Assembly (NCBI RefSeq): GCF_963921235.1
Contig: NC_086097.1
Span: 64,916,001-64,980,000 of the forward strand
Source: Mobula hypostoma
Lineage: Eukaryota
Reading direction: 5' to 3'
DNA length: 64,000 nucleotides
How positions within the stretch are numbered: position 1 is the first letter of the stretch; every line of letters starts with the position of its first letter. The notes under the pieces are model-generated. The model was not told the origin of the DNA. It did not search any database and was given only the letters and a program-made list of their open reading frames with translations. Positions 1-11,375 of this stretch are shown here, piece by piece. The translations under genes and the position numbers were made by a program.

Positions 1-1590
1 ATTTTTCCAGCTGGTCCAAGTCCCTCTGCAGGCTCTGAAAACCTTCCTCACTGTCTACTACACCTCCAATCTTTGTATCATAGCAAACTTGCTGATCCAA
101 TTTACCACATTATCATCCAGATCATTGATATAGGTGACAAATAACAATGGACCCAGCACTGATCCCTGTGGCACACCACTAGTCACAGGTCTCCACTCAG
201 AGAAGCAATTCTCTACCACCACTCTCCGGCTTCTTCCATTGAGCCAATGTCTAATCCAATTTACCACCTCTCCATGTATACCTAGCAACTGAATTTTCCT
301 AACTAACCTCCCATGTGGGACCTTGTCAAAGGCCTTACTGAAGTCCATGTAGACAATATCCACTGCCTTCCCTTCATCCACTTTCCTGGTAACCTCCTCA
401 AAAAACTCCAATAGATTGGTCAAACATGACCTACCACGCACAAAGCCATGTTGACTCTCCCTAATAAGTCCCTGTCTATCCAAATGCTTGTAGATCCTGT
501 CTCTTTGTACTCCCTCCAATAACTTACCTACTACCAACGTTAAACTCACCGGCCTATAATTTCCCGGATTACTTTTCGATCCTTTTTTAAACAACGGAAC
601 AACATGAGCTACTCTCCAATCCTCCGGCACTTCACCCATAGACAGCGACATTTTAAATATTTCTGCCAGGGCCCCTGTAATTTCAACACTAGTCTCCCTC
701 AAGGTCCGAGGGAACACTCTGCCAGGTCCCGGGGATTTATCCACTTTAATTTTCCTCAAGACAGCAAGCACCTCCTCCTTTTCAATCTGTACAGTTTCCA
801 TGATCTCACTGCTTGATTCCCTCAATTCCATAGACTTCATGCCAGTTTCCTTAGTAAATACAGAGGCAAAAAAACCAATTTAAGATCTCCCCCATTTCCT
901 TCGGTTCCGCACATAGCCGACCACTCTGATCTTCAAGAGGACCAATTTTTTCCTTACAATCCTTTTGCTCTTAATATACTTGTAAAAGCTCTTTGGATTA
1001 TCCTTCACTTTGACTGCCAAGGCAACCCCATGTCTTCTTTTAGACCTCCTGATTTCTTTCTTAAGTATTTTCTTGCACTTCTTATACTCCTCAAGCACCT
1101 GATTTACTCCCTGTTTCCTATACATTTCATACAACTCCCTCTTCTTCTTTATCAGAGTTGCAATATCCCTTGAGAACCAAGGTTCCTTATTCCTATTCAA
1201 TTTGCCTTTAATCCTGACAGGAACATACAAACTCTGCACTCTCAAAATTTCCCCTTTGAAGGCTTCCCACCTACCAAAGACATCTTTGCCGGAGAACAAC
1301 CTGTCCCAATCCACGCTTTTTAGATCCTTTCTCATTTCTTCAAATTTGGCCTTCTTCCAGTTCAACCTCAACCCTAGGACCAGATCTATCCTTGTCCATG
1401 ATCAAATTGAAACTAATGGTGTTATGATCACTGGAACCAAAGTGCTCCCCTACACAGACTTCCGTCACTTGTCCTAACTCGTTTCCTAACAGGAGATCCA
1501 ATATTGCATCCCCTCTAGTTGGTCCCTCTATATATTGATTTAGAAAACTTTCCTGAACACATTTTACAAACTCTAAACCATCTATCACCT
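1..1590 (-). mobile_element. CR1-clade LINE, 5'-truncated ORF2 (end of endonuclease to RT), frameshifted; runs off the window edge
   Basis: ORFs 1340-1588, 880-1371 and 58-840 carry ILDLLL/SDHN, PGNYRPVSLT, QHGF..GRSCLTNL, DFSKAFDKVPH and GVPQGSVLGP motifs. Confidence 0.95.
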
Positions 1591-1787
1591 TCTAGCTATC
1601 CTCTTTTCCCTCTCCATACCCCTTTTTTCTGCATCTTCCCCCTTCGTCGCTTGTCCTGAAGAATGGTCTCAGCCCAAAATGTCGACTGTTTATTCATTTC
1701 CAGAGATGCTGCCTGACCTCCTGAGTTCCTCCAGCATTTTGAGTGTGTTGCTCTTGATTTCCCTCATCTGTAGAATCTCTTGTGTTT
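1591..1787 (+). mobile_element. Penelope-like terminal fragment with a decayed hammerhead motif
   Basis: CTGAAGAATGGTCTCAGCCCAAAATGTCGACT at 1656-1687, followed by the GATGCTGCCTGACC..GAGTTCCTCCAGCATTTTG block shared with the copies at 4774-4845, 5423-5553 and 22540-22629. Confidence 0.6.
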
Positions 1788-2332
1788 TTGTTTCCATACC
1801 CTATCTCTCTATAATTGTATAATTGACTGACTGACACATGAGTTTGACAACAAACTTGCAAATTTCACATTGCATTCTTTGAATGAAATTGAAATGGGGA
1901 ATCGACACTGAAAGCTATGAAACTATTAAGAAAAAAACTTGCTTTACATCACCCAGTCAGGTTTACCCAGGTATTTAATGGCAACCAGTTTACTCTCCAT
2001 GCTGTCCGGTCTCTCACTGTATCAAACAATAGCAAGAATACTGATGCATATGTTTAGACTCTTACTAATTCCTACAGTAGCTACACTATTAGAGATGCCT
2101 GTAAGAATCAGATGGTAAAGTATATAACTGAGGCAATCAAATTGTGCATTTAGACACTAGATAATCTAAAAATTAGTCATCTGTTTATACAAAGCAAAAT
2201 GAGGCAAGGGACAGAGATGTTACTAAAACTAAGAGTATGTATTTAAACCAAAATTGGAATGAATACGTTCTCCTGTTGCCCGTTTGCCTAATCCAGCATA
2301 TAGGTGAAAGCCAGGCAATGATTATATTCAAT

Positions 2333-2880
2333 AAGACCATAAGATTTAGGGGCAGAGGTAGGCCATGTGGCCCATTGAGTCTGCTCCACCATTCAATCAT
2401 GGGCTGATCCAATTCTTCCAGTCATCTCCACTCCTCTGCTTTCACCGCATACCCTTTGATGCCCTGGATAATCAAGAACCTGTCTATCTCTGCCTTAAAT
2501 ACACCCAATGACTTGGCCCCCACAGCCGCTCATGGCAACAAATTCCACAGATTTACCACCTCTGACTAAAGTAATTTCTCTGTATCTCAGTTCTAAAAGG
2601 ACGTCCTTCAATCCTGAAGTCGTGCCCTCTTGTCTTACAGTCCCCTACCTTGGGAAATAACTTTGCCATATCTAATCTGTTCAGGCCTTTTAACATTTGG
2701 AATGTTTCTATGGGATCCCCCCTCATTCTCCTGAACTCCAGGTATACAGTCCAAGAGCTGCCAGGCATTTCTCATACGGTAATCCATTCATTCCTGGAAT
2801 CATTCTCGTGAATCTTCTCTGAACCCTCTCCATTGTCAGTGTATCCTTTCTAAAATAAGGAGCCCAAAACTGCACACAAT
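2333..2880 (-). mobile_element. CR1-clade LINE 3' fragment
   Basis: Translates CVQFWAPY...ERVQRRFTRMIPG and LEFRRMRGD; short (ATAAGACC)-type tail at ~2330-2344. Confidence 0.9.
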
Positions 2881-2934
2881 TAAAGTAAGCAGCCCCAAAC
2901 TGCACACAATAAGAGATAATCCAACTTTAACCCT

Positions 2935-3043
2935 CTGCTATTCAATGCCGTTATCATCACTGAATCACCCACGATTAATACCCTGGTGGTTACCATTGAC
3001 CAGAAGCTGAACCATAATGTCTGAAGATAGGAATCCTGTGATG
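2935..3043 (+). mobile_element. Old LINE (L2/CR1-like) fragment, left part of an element split by the Rex1 insertion
   Basis: Decayed RT-like segment (..ACCCTGGTGGTTACCATTGACCAGAAGCTGAAC..) that appears to continue at 5948. Family assigned by pattern recognition only. Confidence 0.5.
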
Positions 3044-4007
3044 AGAATCAGAATCAGTTTTATTATCATTGTCTTATATGATCCAAAATTTGTTCTTTTG
3101 CAATGGCAATAAAGTGCAGGTATATAAAATTACCATTAATTACTAAATAAATAATGAGTGCAGAAACAAAGAATAATGAGGTAGTGTTTATGGACAGTTC
3201 TCATATCCAAGGGGAGAGGGGAAGTTGTTCCTGAATCATTGAGTGTGGGTCTTCAAGCTCCTGCGACTTCACCTTGACAGTAGTAATGAGAAGAGGGCAG
3301 ATCTCAGATGTTGAAGGTCTTCATTGATGGATGTCGTCTTCTTGAGACACCACCTCTTGAAGATGTCTTCGATGGAGCGAGGGTTGTGCTGTGATGAAGC
3401 TGACTGAATCTGTAACACTTTGGAGCCTCCTGCCAGGATGAGAAGCAGCCAGTAAAAATGCTTTACACCAGACATCTATAGAAATTTCCAAGAGACTTGA
3501 TGACATACCAAATCTCAGCAAACTCATGACGAAGTAGAGTCACTGGCACGCTGCCCAGACAGATCCTCCAAGATGTTGGAATCCAAGAATTTAAAACTGC
3601 TCACCCTTTCTACTGCTGACCCTTCAATGAGGACTGATGTGTCCAACTTGCCCTTTCTGAAGTCCATAATCAGTTCCTTGGTCTTGCTGACATTAAGTGT
3701 GAGGTTGTTATTATGACACCACTCAACCATCCACTCTATCCTACTCCTCTGTGTTTCACCATTGCCATTGGAAATTTTGCCAAAAACCATGGTTTCATCT
3801 AGTATTTATAAATGCCATCTGAGCTGTGCTTAGCCGCACAGTCATGAGTGTGTGGCGAGAGTAGAACCGTGAACTAAGGATGCAATCTTGAGGTGCATCT
3901 GTGTTGATTATCACCAAGGAGTTTTTATCACCGATCTGTACTGACTGTAGCTTGCCGATGAGGAAGCCGGGGATCAATTGCAGAGGGAGGTCCAGAGGTC
4001 CAGATTT

Positions 4008-4566
4008 AGATCATAGGACCATAAGACCACAAAGTATAGGCACAGAGTTAGGCAATTAGGCCCATTGGGTTTTCTCCACCATTCAATCTTGGATGATTTA
4101 TTTTCTCTCTCAACCCCATTCTCTGCCCTCTCCAATAACCTTTGACTCCCTTACTAATCAAGAACGTACCACCCACTGCTTTAGATATACCCAGTGACCT
4201 GACCTCCATAGACATTCTATGGAGTCACCACTCACTGGCTGAAGAAATTCCTCCTCATCTCTGTTCTAAGGGACTGTACCCTCTGGTTTTAGATTCTCAC
4301 ACTGTTGGAAACATCCTTTCCACTTCTGCTTAATCTGGGACTTGCAGTATTCAGCAGGTTTCAATGAGATTCCCTGCTCATTCTTCTAGACTCCAGAAAG
4401 TACAGGCCCAGAGTCAGCAAACACGCCATATTAGTTAACCCTTTCACTGCCTGGATCATTCTTGTAAACTTTCTCTGGACCCTCTCCAATGTCAGTACAT
4501 TCTTTCTTAGCTATGGGACCCAAGAGTGTTCAGATATTGTCCTACCAATGCCTTATAAAGCCTTAG
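4008..4566 (-). mobile_element. CR1-clade LINE 3' fragment nested in Rex1
   Basis: Collinear with the 3' end of the 17067-20137 element; (CATAAGAC)-type tail at ~4012-4030. Confidence 0.85.
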
Positions 4567-4633
4567 TGTAGAAGTTTGATGATTAATACTGAAGGGAGGA
4601 TGGTAATGAATGCCAAGCTGTAATTGATAAGCA

Positions 4634-4845
4634 AACAAGAGAAAATCTGCAGATGCTGGAAATCCAATTAACACACACAAAATGCTGGAGGAACTCAGCA
4701 GACCAGGCAGTATCTATGGAAAAAAGTACAGTCGACGTTTTGGGCAGAGCTTTGGCCAAAGGGCTTCAGCCTGAAACGTCGACTGTACTTTTTTTCCATA
4801 GATGCTGCCTTGCCTGCCGAGTTCCTCCAGCATTTTGTGTGTGTT
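4634..4845. mobile_element. Palindromic Penelope-like short element (inverted terminal fragments)
   Basis: Inverted arms at 4670-4740 and 4774-4845; flanking direct repeat GCTGTAATTGATAAGCA (4617-4633) / GCTGTAACTGATAAACA (4846-4862). Confidence 0.75.
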
Positions 4846-5422
4846 GCTGTAACTGATAAACAGCAGCTTAACGCATGCCTTGCTGTTGTCTAGATGCTTC
4901 AAAGCAGAGTGGAGAGTCTGAGATTACTTCTGCTGAAGAGCTGTTGTGGCTGTCGGCAAACCGCAGTGGGTCCAGGTCCTTGCTCAGGCAGGCATTAATT
5001 TTAGCCAAAACCAACCTCTCATAGTACTTTATTACCATAGATGTGAGTGCTGCCAGTCAATAGTCATTAAGGCAGTTCACCCTGGTTTTTTGGGTACTGG
5101 TATGATTACTGCCCTTTTAAAGGAGGTGACAGCCTCAGACCACAGCATGAGAGGCTGAAGGTGTCAAACGCTCCTGCTAATTGGTCATACAGGCTTTTAG
5201 TACCCAACCACATACACCATCAAGGTCTGATGCCTTGTGAGGGTTTATCCTTTTGAAGGATATTGTTAAAGGACATCAGTCTCTGAGACAGAGATCATAA
5301 GGTTGCCGGATGCTGTGGGGATTTGTACAAGTGTAGTGTTATCTGCCCTTTCAAAGCATGCATAAAAAACGTTGAGCTCATTGGGGAGTGAAGCCATTCG
5401 GAAACAATGGCAAGTTGTTGTG

Positions 5423-5553
5423 TAATAGTAATCTCTTACTATCTCTTCTTTCAGTTAGTCCTGACGAAGGGTCTCAGCCCGAAACGTCGACTCTACCTCT
5501 TCCTATAGATGCTGCCTGGCCTGCTGCGTTCACTAGCATTTTTTGTGTGTGTT
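5423..5553 (+). mobile_element. Short Penelope-like retroposed fragment with a 13-bp target-site duplication
   Basis: Exact direct repeat GCAAGTTGTTGTG at 5410-5422 and 5554-5566; same family as 1591-1787. Confidence 0.8.
5457..5492 (+). ncRNA. Minimal type I hammerhead ribozyme motif
   Basis: AGTC-CTGACGA-A-GGGT(CTCA)GCCC-GAAACGTC-GACT: helix I AGTC/GACT, CUGANGA and GAAA core boxes, helix II, palindromic ACGU in place of helix III, GUC cleavage triplet ending at 5488. Confidence 0.7.
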
Positions 5554-5947
5554 GCAAGTTGTTGTGCATATGATTGTGACTCTAATTTCACTCAGAATTG
5601 CTTTTTCACTCTCACAACATTGTACCTGTAATTTTTATGGGATTCTGGATTGCCAGTCTTGAATGCCACAGATCTAGCCCTCAGCAGAGTGTGAATCTCC
5701 AGCTTCATCCTAGACTTCTGACTTGGGAAAATTTGGTATGCTCTCGAAAGCATGCGCTCGTCATACAGGCCTTGAAGAAGTTGGGGATGGCTGAAGTATA
5801 TTCAATCAGATCTGAAGATAAATCCGTGACTACAGTTCAGTCAACCAGTTCAAAGCAGTGCTGTAAACAGTCACCCGCTTTCATTGACCAGACCTTCACC
5901 ATCCTCACCACTGGTGTCACAGTCCTCAGTCTCTGCCATATCACTGT

Positions 5948-6460
5948 GTAACCCACCTCCCAACTCGACAAAGCCTGCCCACCATCTCCAAGGTTCAAGT
6001 CACAAGCGTGATGGGACTCCATCCAGTGGACTGAATAAATACAGACTTGACCACACTCAAGATGACACAGGGTATAGCAGCCCACTTGATAGCTCCTGCA
6101 TCTACAAACATTCACTCACCCCATCACCTACACACAGTTTCTATCAGCTGCAAGATGCACTACGGCGACTCCCCAAAATAGCACCTTCCAAACCCATGAT
6201 GTCTACCAGCTAGAAGGACTAAGGCAATAAAAGCATGCAAACACCAGCACCTGAACGTTGCCCTTCAAGCCACATACCATCCCTGCTTGGAAAAAATAAT
6301 CGTTCCTTCACTTTTGCTGAGTCAAGATCCTGAACTCCCTCCCTAACAGCACTGTGGGTATACCCACACCACAAGGACAGCAGCAATTCATGAAGACGGC
6401 TCTCCACTCCCTTTCAAGGGCAAGTAGGGTTCGGCAATTAAATGCTGACTCAGTTCACAA
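5948..6460 (+). mobile_element. Old LINE (L2/CR1-like) 3' end
   Basis: Decayed ORF end (..WNSLP-like CCTGAACTCCCTCCCTAACAGCACTGTGGG). Related short pieces occur at ~23800-23910 and ~54500-54620 (minus strand). Confidence 0.55.
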
Positions 6461-7933
6461 GGCCCATTACATTAAACTATTTCAGCCATCTTAAAACAAT
6501 TAGTGAAAGTAGTCAGTTGCACGTGACAGGTTAGCTTTGCATGACTAAACTGTAGAAGTATATTGGACGGTTTCTGCTGCTCATTCTGACACCTGAGCTG
6601 AGAAAAGATCCAGGGCTATTGATCAAGGACATAACATGAAGGCTCATGGAGATCAAGTTTTAGGGAGCAAGCAAAATACCTTGGCAGTCCCTATGGAACT
6701 GTATAACAGGGGCAGAAAGCTTATTAACTGTGTACTGAATAAAATGATAATGATTTACCAAAACCCCAAAGTGTCAGGAATTCTGTATTCAAGTCTAGAA
6801 ATATACCATATTGCCTTTAGTGCTGTTGTAGGTAGCCAATGTTATATTTATATTGTGATCGGAGTGTGCTAATACAGTGTAACTGGCTACTTAATTATCC
6901 AGTTAGTAATTAAGAAGACATTGTGAAAAAAATCTTCAAGTAGTTAAGGGAGCAATTAACTAAGTAGCCATGGTAGATTCACTGATCAGGTAGATTCACA
7001 TTTCCACAAAATCAAAATGGATACATTTTATTCTCCCCAATCAAGAGATAAAGATTAGTGATTTACACTGGTGAACCCTCATATTAGAATTTGTAAGAAC
7101 ATTGAGTGTAGCATTAAAATCAATGCACTGGATTTACCCAGTCACCTGGACTCACCAGCATGCTCCTCCACCCCCCCTCCCCACCCCCCGTCCCCCCATG
7201 TATTTTCCAGGCTAATTCAGCTGAGCCTTTGTGCTCAGGAGAGACCTAACAAAATAGTAGAAGGAAGTTCAGCAAGTAGACCTTGTATTGTCTAACACAG
7301 AGGCCCTACCCTGCTGTGTCCTGACAATCGTTTTTGCTGCTTTAAATATCTGATTTTCGATACTATTTAAAAATTATTACACGTGTTTTAGAAAATTTTA
7401 AAAACAAAATGAAAACACTGGTAAATACTGAAATAGGTCATAGGTAATAAATGCTGCAACTTACTTCTTCCTTCTAAGTGTTAGGTCAGATATCCCCAGT
7501 TGATTCAAGAAGGATTTTGAACCTATGCCAGGTCTGACTGGCTAGTATTGTAGAAGCACATTTTCCATGTAACACTAGAAAATACCAGTAAGTGAAAGCC
7601 CTCTCACTGGACACTTTGTGGAGCGCAGCTATAGAACAAAATGATAAGTTGCTGACATCTGTCCCACAGCACATCCCAGATTTAAAGGAGATCTGTGTGA
7701 GTCCAAGTAACTGATGGTTCCTTTTGGAACTACTACCCACCACCAGAACATTTCAGCCCAATGCGTTTCAACTGGTCGTATCAATTAACCATTTCATTAC
7801 CAGAACAGATATCAAAAGTGTGACCGAAGGATGGGTTTGAAGCAAAAGTCATATGCTAGACTTTAGCTATGGAGGTCATTACCAATCTGGTATTGTAACT
7901 TTTCTGATGCAGTGGGTTGTTACTTAGTACCAC

Positions 7934-8349
7934 TGTTAGGGTGTTTCCTGGGGTTAGGGTTTATAGCAAATATTAACTTCAGCAGCCAATCTTCAGAATG
8001 AAAGTGGATTGTAGATTAAATTTAGAATGCAGTCCTGACAGTAGTTTCCTGTAGCTGTGGACACCTGTTGATTGAAAACCAGACAATGCTGATTAACATT
8101 CATTTTGTTTGTCTGGAGTGTGGGTGCAAAGAAGGTGTGAAAATTATTTGTAATTCAAAGGAAGCATTGTAGATACATTGTAAATATAGAATTGTTCTTC
8201 TGTTACCTTTTGATCTTTAGCATATGAAATGTCAAGTAGTATTGGCCGAACAGGCCTCTTCCTCCAAGAGTGTTTCATTTTGTTGAATAAAACACTTCTG
8301 TATCCACTGGCTACAGTGACCCTCTGGTAACTTTGTTCATGTTACAACA
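7934..8349 (+). repeat. 5' LTR
   Basis: TGTTAGG...TTACAACA; aligns end to end with 11376-11776. Confidence 0.88.
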
Positions 8350-11300
8350 TTTGGGCACTCCTCCAGGATTCCTTCATGACCCATCACGTGACCCTCAATT
8401 TCAGCGGTCAGAGTGGGTGAGTATTTTCAAAATCAGCACTTACACTTGGACCTGTTCAGGTCGGTTACTATGGGATCACAAGGTATCACCAAAACAGTGG
8501 AGAGCTGAGCTAGTAGATACAAAAGTAGTGTGGTGTGTGTGCAAGCATGTATGTTTATGTAAGAGACTAAACACTGAGTGTTAATTTGCTGAGACAGGAC
8601 CACCGTTTGTGAAGGGTGGTTGCTGACCATTCCGGCCGCCAGTGGAATCTGTGCATACTCGTTCGGGGAACTGTATAGCGGCAGACACATTTGTGTGTGT
8701 GTTTTAAGATTAAGTCTGTAACCTTGGTGCAATAATTTGTAAATGCAAAGGAATACAACAGGCATTATGAGTTCAGACGCACATAAGTGGCAGATTGCAG
8801 AGTGCATACTCTGCAGTTTTAAGTGTTTCCTGTTTAATTTTTATCCATTGTTTATGCTTTGTGTAGTGTGGGAATTTGTGTGGAGATATTTGAGGGAGAG
8901 ATTATCCCCAGATATATCTTTCAGGATGGCACCGATTGAAGTCAGGCAACATCAGGTCAAGAACCCTGATGACTCAAGCCAGTCGTTGACTTTGATTACA
9001 ACCATCCATAAGCCCTTCACCTCCGGGGAGAAGCAGAGCATTTTGTCAGAGTTGCCCTCACTTAAGGTTACCTGCGGGATGCAGAATTCTGGCGCAAGCT
9101 CAAGGAAGTGATTGAAATTCACCAGATGAAACCTAAAGATATACATATGTTAGTAAGGGTGAAGTGCTCAAGGAATATGTGGGACAGTGTGGCCCAGGGA
9201 GTACAGGATGGTATGTGGGCAACCATCAGGGAATGCCAGCAATAAAGAAAGATATCACTTCTTTAAGGGGGAAGTAGGGCAGTGACTGGGGGGAGCAGAG
9301 AGTAACTGGGGAACAATAATTTCAGTCATTCAGAGAGCTGATGAGCCTGGCATAGATTTTACAGAATCCATAGTAGTGCCTTTTCTTTCTGACTTGACTG
9401 CTGATCAGTTTATAGAGCTGGTGATGTCAAACGGCTGACGGCAGCCTCTATTGCCAGTGGTGGTCATCCACGGATGTACACAAGAGGCTTATTTGGGGCC
9501 AGCAATGTGAAATGTTAGTCTACACGGGGTCATCAGTATAAATTACCGACCAACCCTGCCCGTGACAAGAGGCGATTTACATTACCAGTGCAGGAGGTGA
9601 AACAATGAGGGCAGACAGCAGTCAGCCCCAGGTACTTGAGCTTGGGGGAGTACATAGATTTTTGGGTGTGCTCAAACAATGAAGGTGTTCATTGTGGGGA
9701 CAGACATTGAGTAAGGCAGGTGGAATCATAGACTCAGGAAAAGGAGAAATAACATGAACAAGACAGAAACAGCGAACATGTGTGACCTGCAATGCAGCTA
9801 AGATGGCCCACAGAGAGACAGCAACCCCAAGCAGGGAGGAGAGACACGGTGATGTGTGGGAATCATGGCAGGAAGTCCCAAGGGGAGGAGGGGACAAGCA
9901 CAGTCAGGGAAATAGTGCGGCTGCCTGTGGAGGTAGCAGTGATTAAATAAAGGCTTACCAGAGAGGGGACAGTAAGGAGCAGAAAGGGAACAAGTGGGCA
10001 GACGTCAGTGCGAGGAGGGCCACAGAAGAACAAGAAGCAATAGAAATTACAAGTGTACAGGAAAAAACTACAGTGCCAGTTTAGTAAGATTACGTGGAAA
10101 TGTGAAGGACCCCTGGGATCAGGGTAACACATTGAGGGATCGAGCAAACAGCAGCGATATATTGAGGATCAGAGAGAGCCAGAGGGAGAGAAGAAGGTCC
10201 TCCCACAGCCAGGTGAGCAAGTCATGGTAAGGGAGCTGGGTGAAAGGACAGGTTTCACTCCCCGGTGGATAGAACCTCAGGTGGTGCCCCAGATGAATGA
10301 TGTCTGTGTTGGGATACTGTCCTGGTGAGGCAGCCAGTGGGAACACTGGACTCAGGATAAACCATATGACCCACCTCTTGTCGCCTTCAAGACAGAGGAA
10401 GAGGTCAAGTGTACCCTGTAGCAGTGCCATTGCTGAAACCCAAGTGATGAACACCAGCAGGCTGACCACAGGTAATGGAAGCAGACCCACAGCAAACGCA
10501 AAGGCAGAGAACACCGAGAGAGCGTGTCTGCAAGCCGTGAATAGCCCTTTAAAGTATAACAGTAAACGTACTCTGTTATGAATGCTGGCTGCTGAAGGTC
10601 GATGATAAGTTGCATAGCACAGAATAGAAAAACATTTGGGAAAAATAGATGGGAAGGGATCCGAGTTACAGCAGAGACATCAGGTTTCACAACTTCGATG
10701 GTGTGGCAGACCAGGAAAGAAAAGGAATTGCACACATCTGGGCCTTAGTGATTCAGTGGTTGGGCCAATGATTGGAATGGACAGTTCGGAAGAGGGTGCC
10801 ACCAGGGTGAGCTCCTTGCAATCATCCAAATAGAGACCACCCCAACACCCGCCCCCCCCCCCAGTACATCAATGAGCAGCTCTGAGAGACTAACCATCAT
10901 GATTGTGATGACCTTCTGTCATGACATGGAGTGTGAACTGTTCCTATGAGTCTGGTACATTCACTTCGCTGGTGCTCCTAACCAGAGAGTACCCACTGGT
11001 GCCCCTGACCAGAGAGTACCCACTGGATGCCATTGCAGAGTTTTAGCTATCAGAGAATGAAGGGGTGAAGATCAAGAATATGATTAAACCACAATCGGCC
11101 AGCAGGGAGGGAAGCAAAAGGCATACAAATGACAGAACTGCACTTTAAAGACTGTCGGTCAAATTTCTGGACCAATCTCTGCTTAGTGTCTTGTAGGTAG
11201 CCATGTAGGGAGTCTTGTAGGGTTGACAGCATACATGTAGATTCACAAGGGGTATATGGAAAAGGGACACCGAAGTACGGGGCATTTTTGCTGCCTTACT

Positions 11301-11375
11301 CGTTTAGATCTTCCTTAAGGTTTGACCTTTCCTAAAACAATTTTATTTTTGTCCAGGAAGGCCAAGAGAAGGAAC

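Larger units (their letters stand above)
3044..5947 (-). mobile_element. Rex1/Babar-type LINE, decayed, interrupted by three younger insertions
   Basis: Translations WCHNNNLTLNVSKTKELIMDFRKGK, VERVSSFKFL, INTDAPQDCILS and VKVWS...LQHCFELVD; (ATCAGA)n tail at ~3045-3057. Confidence 0.85.

Noticed and set aside
9860..10840. Cluster of overlapping 65-131 aa ORFs inside the LTR element, considered as pol, env or accessory genes
   Set aside because: No RT, RNase H, integrase or env motifs; consistent with chance ORFs in purine-skewed decayed sequence.
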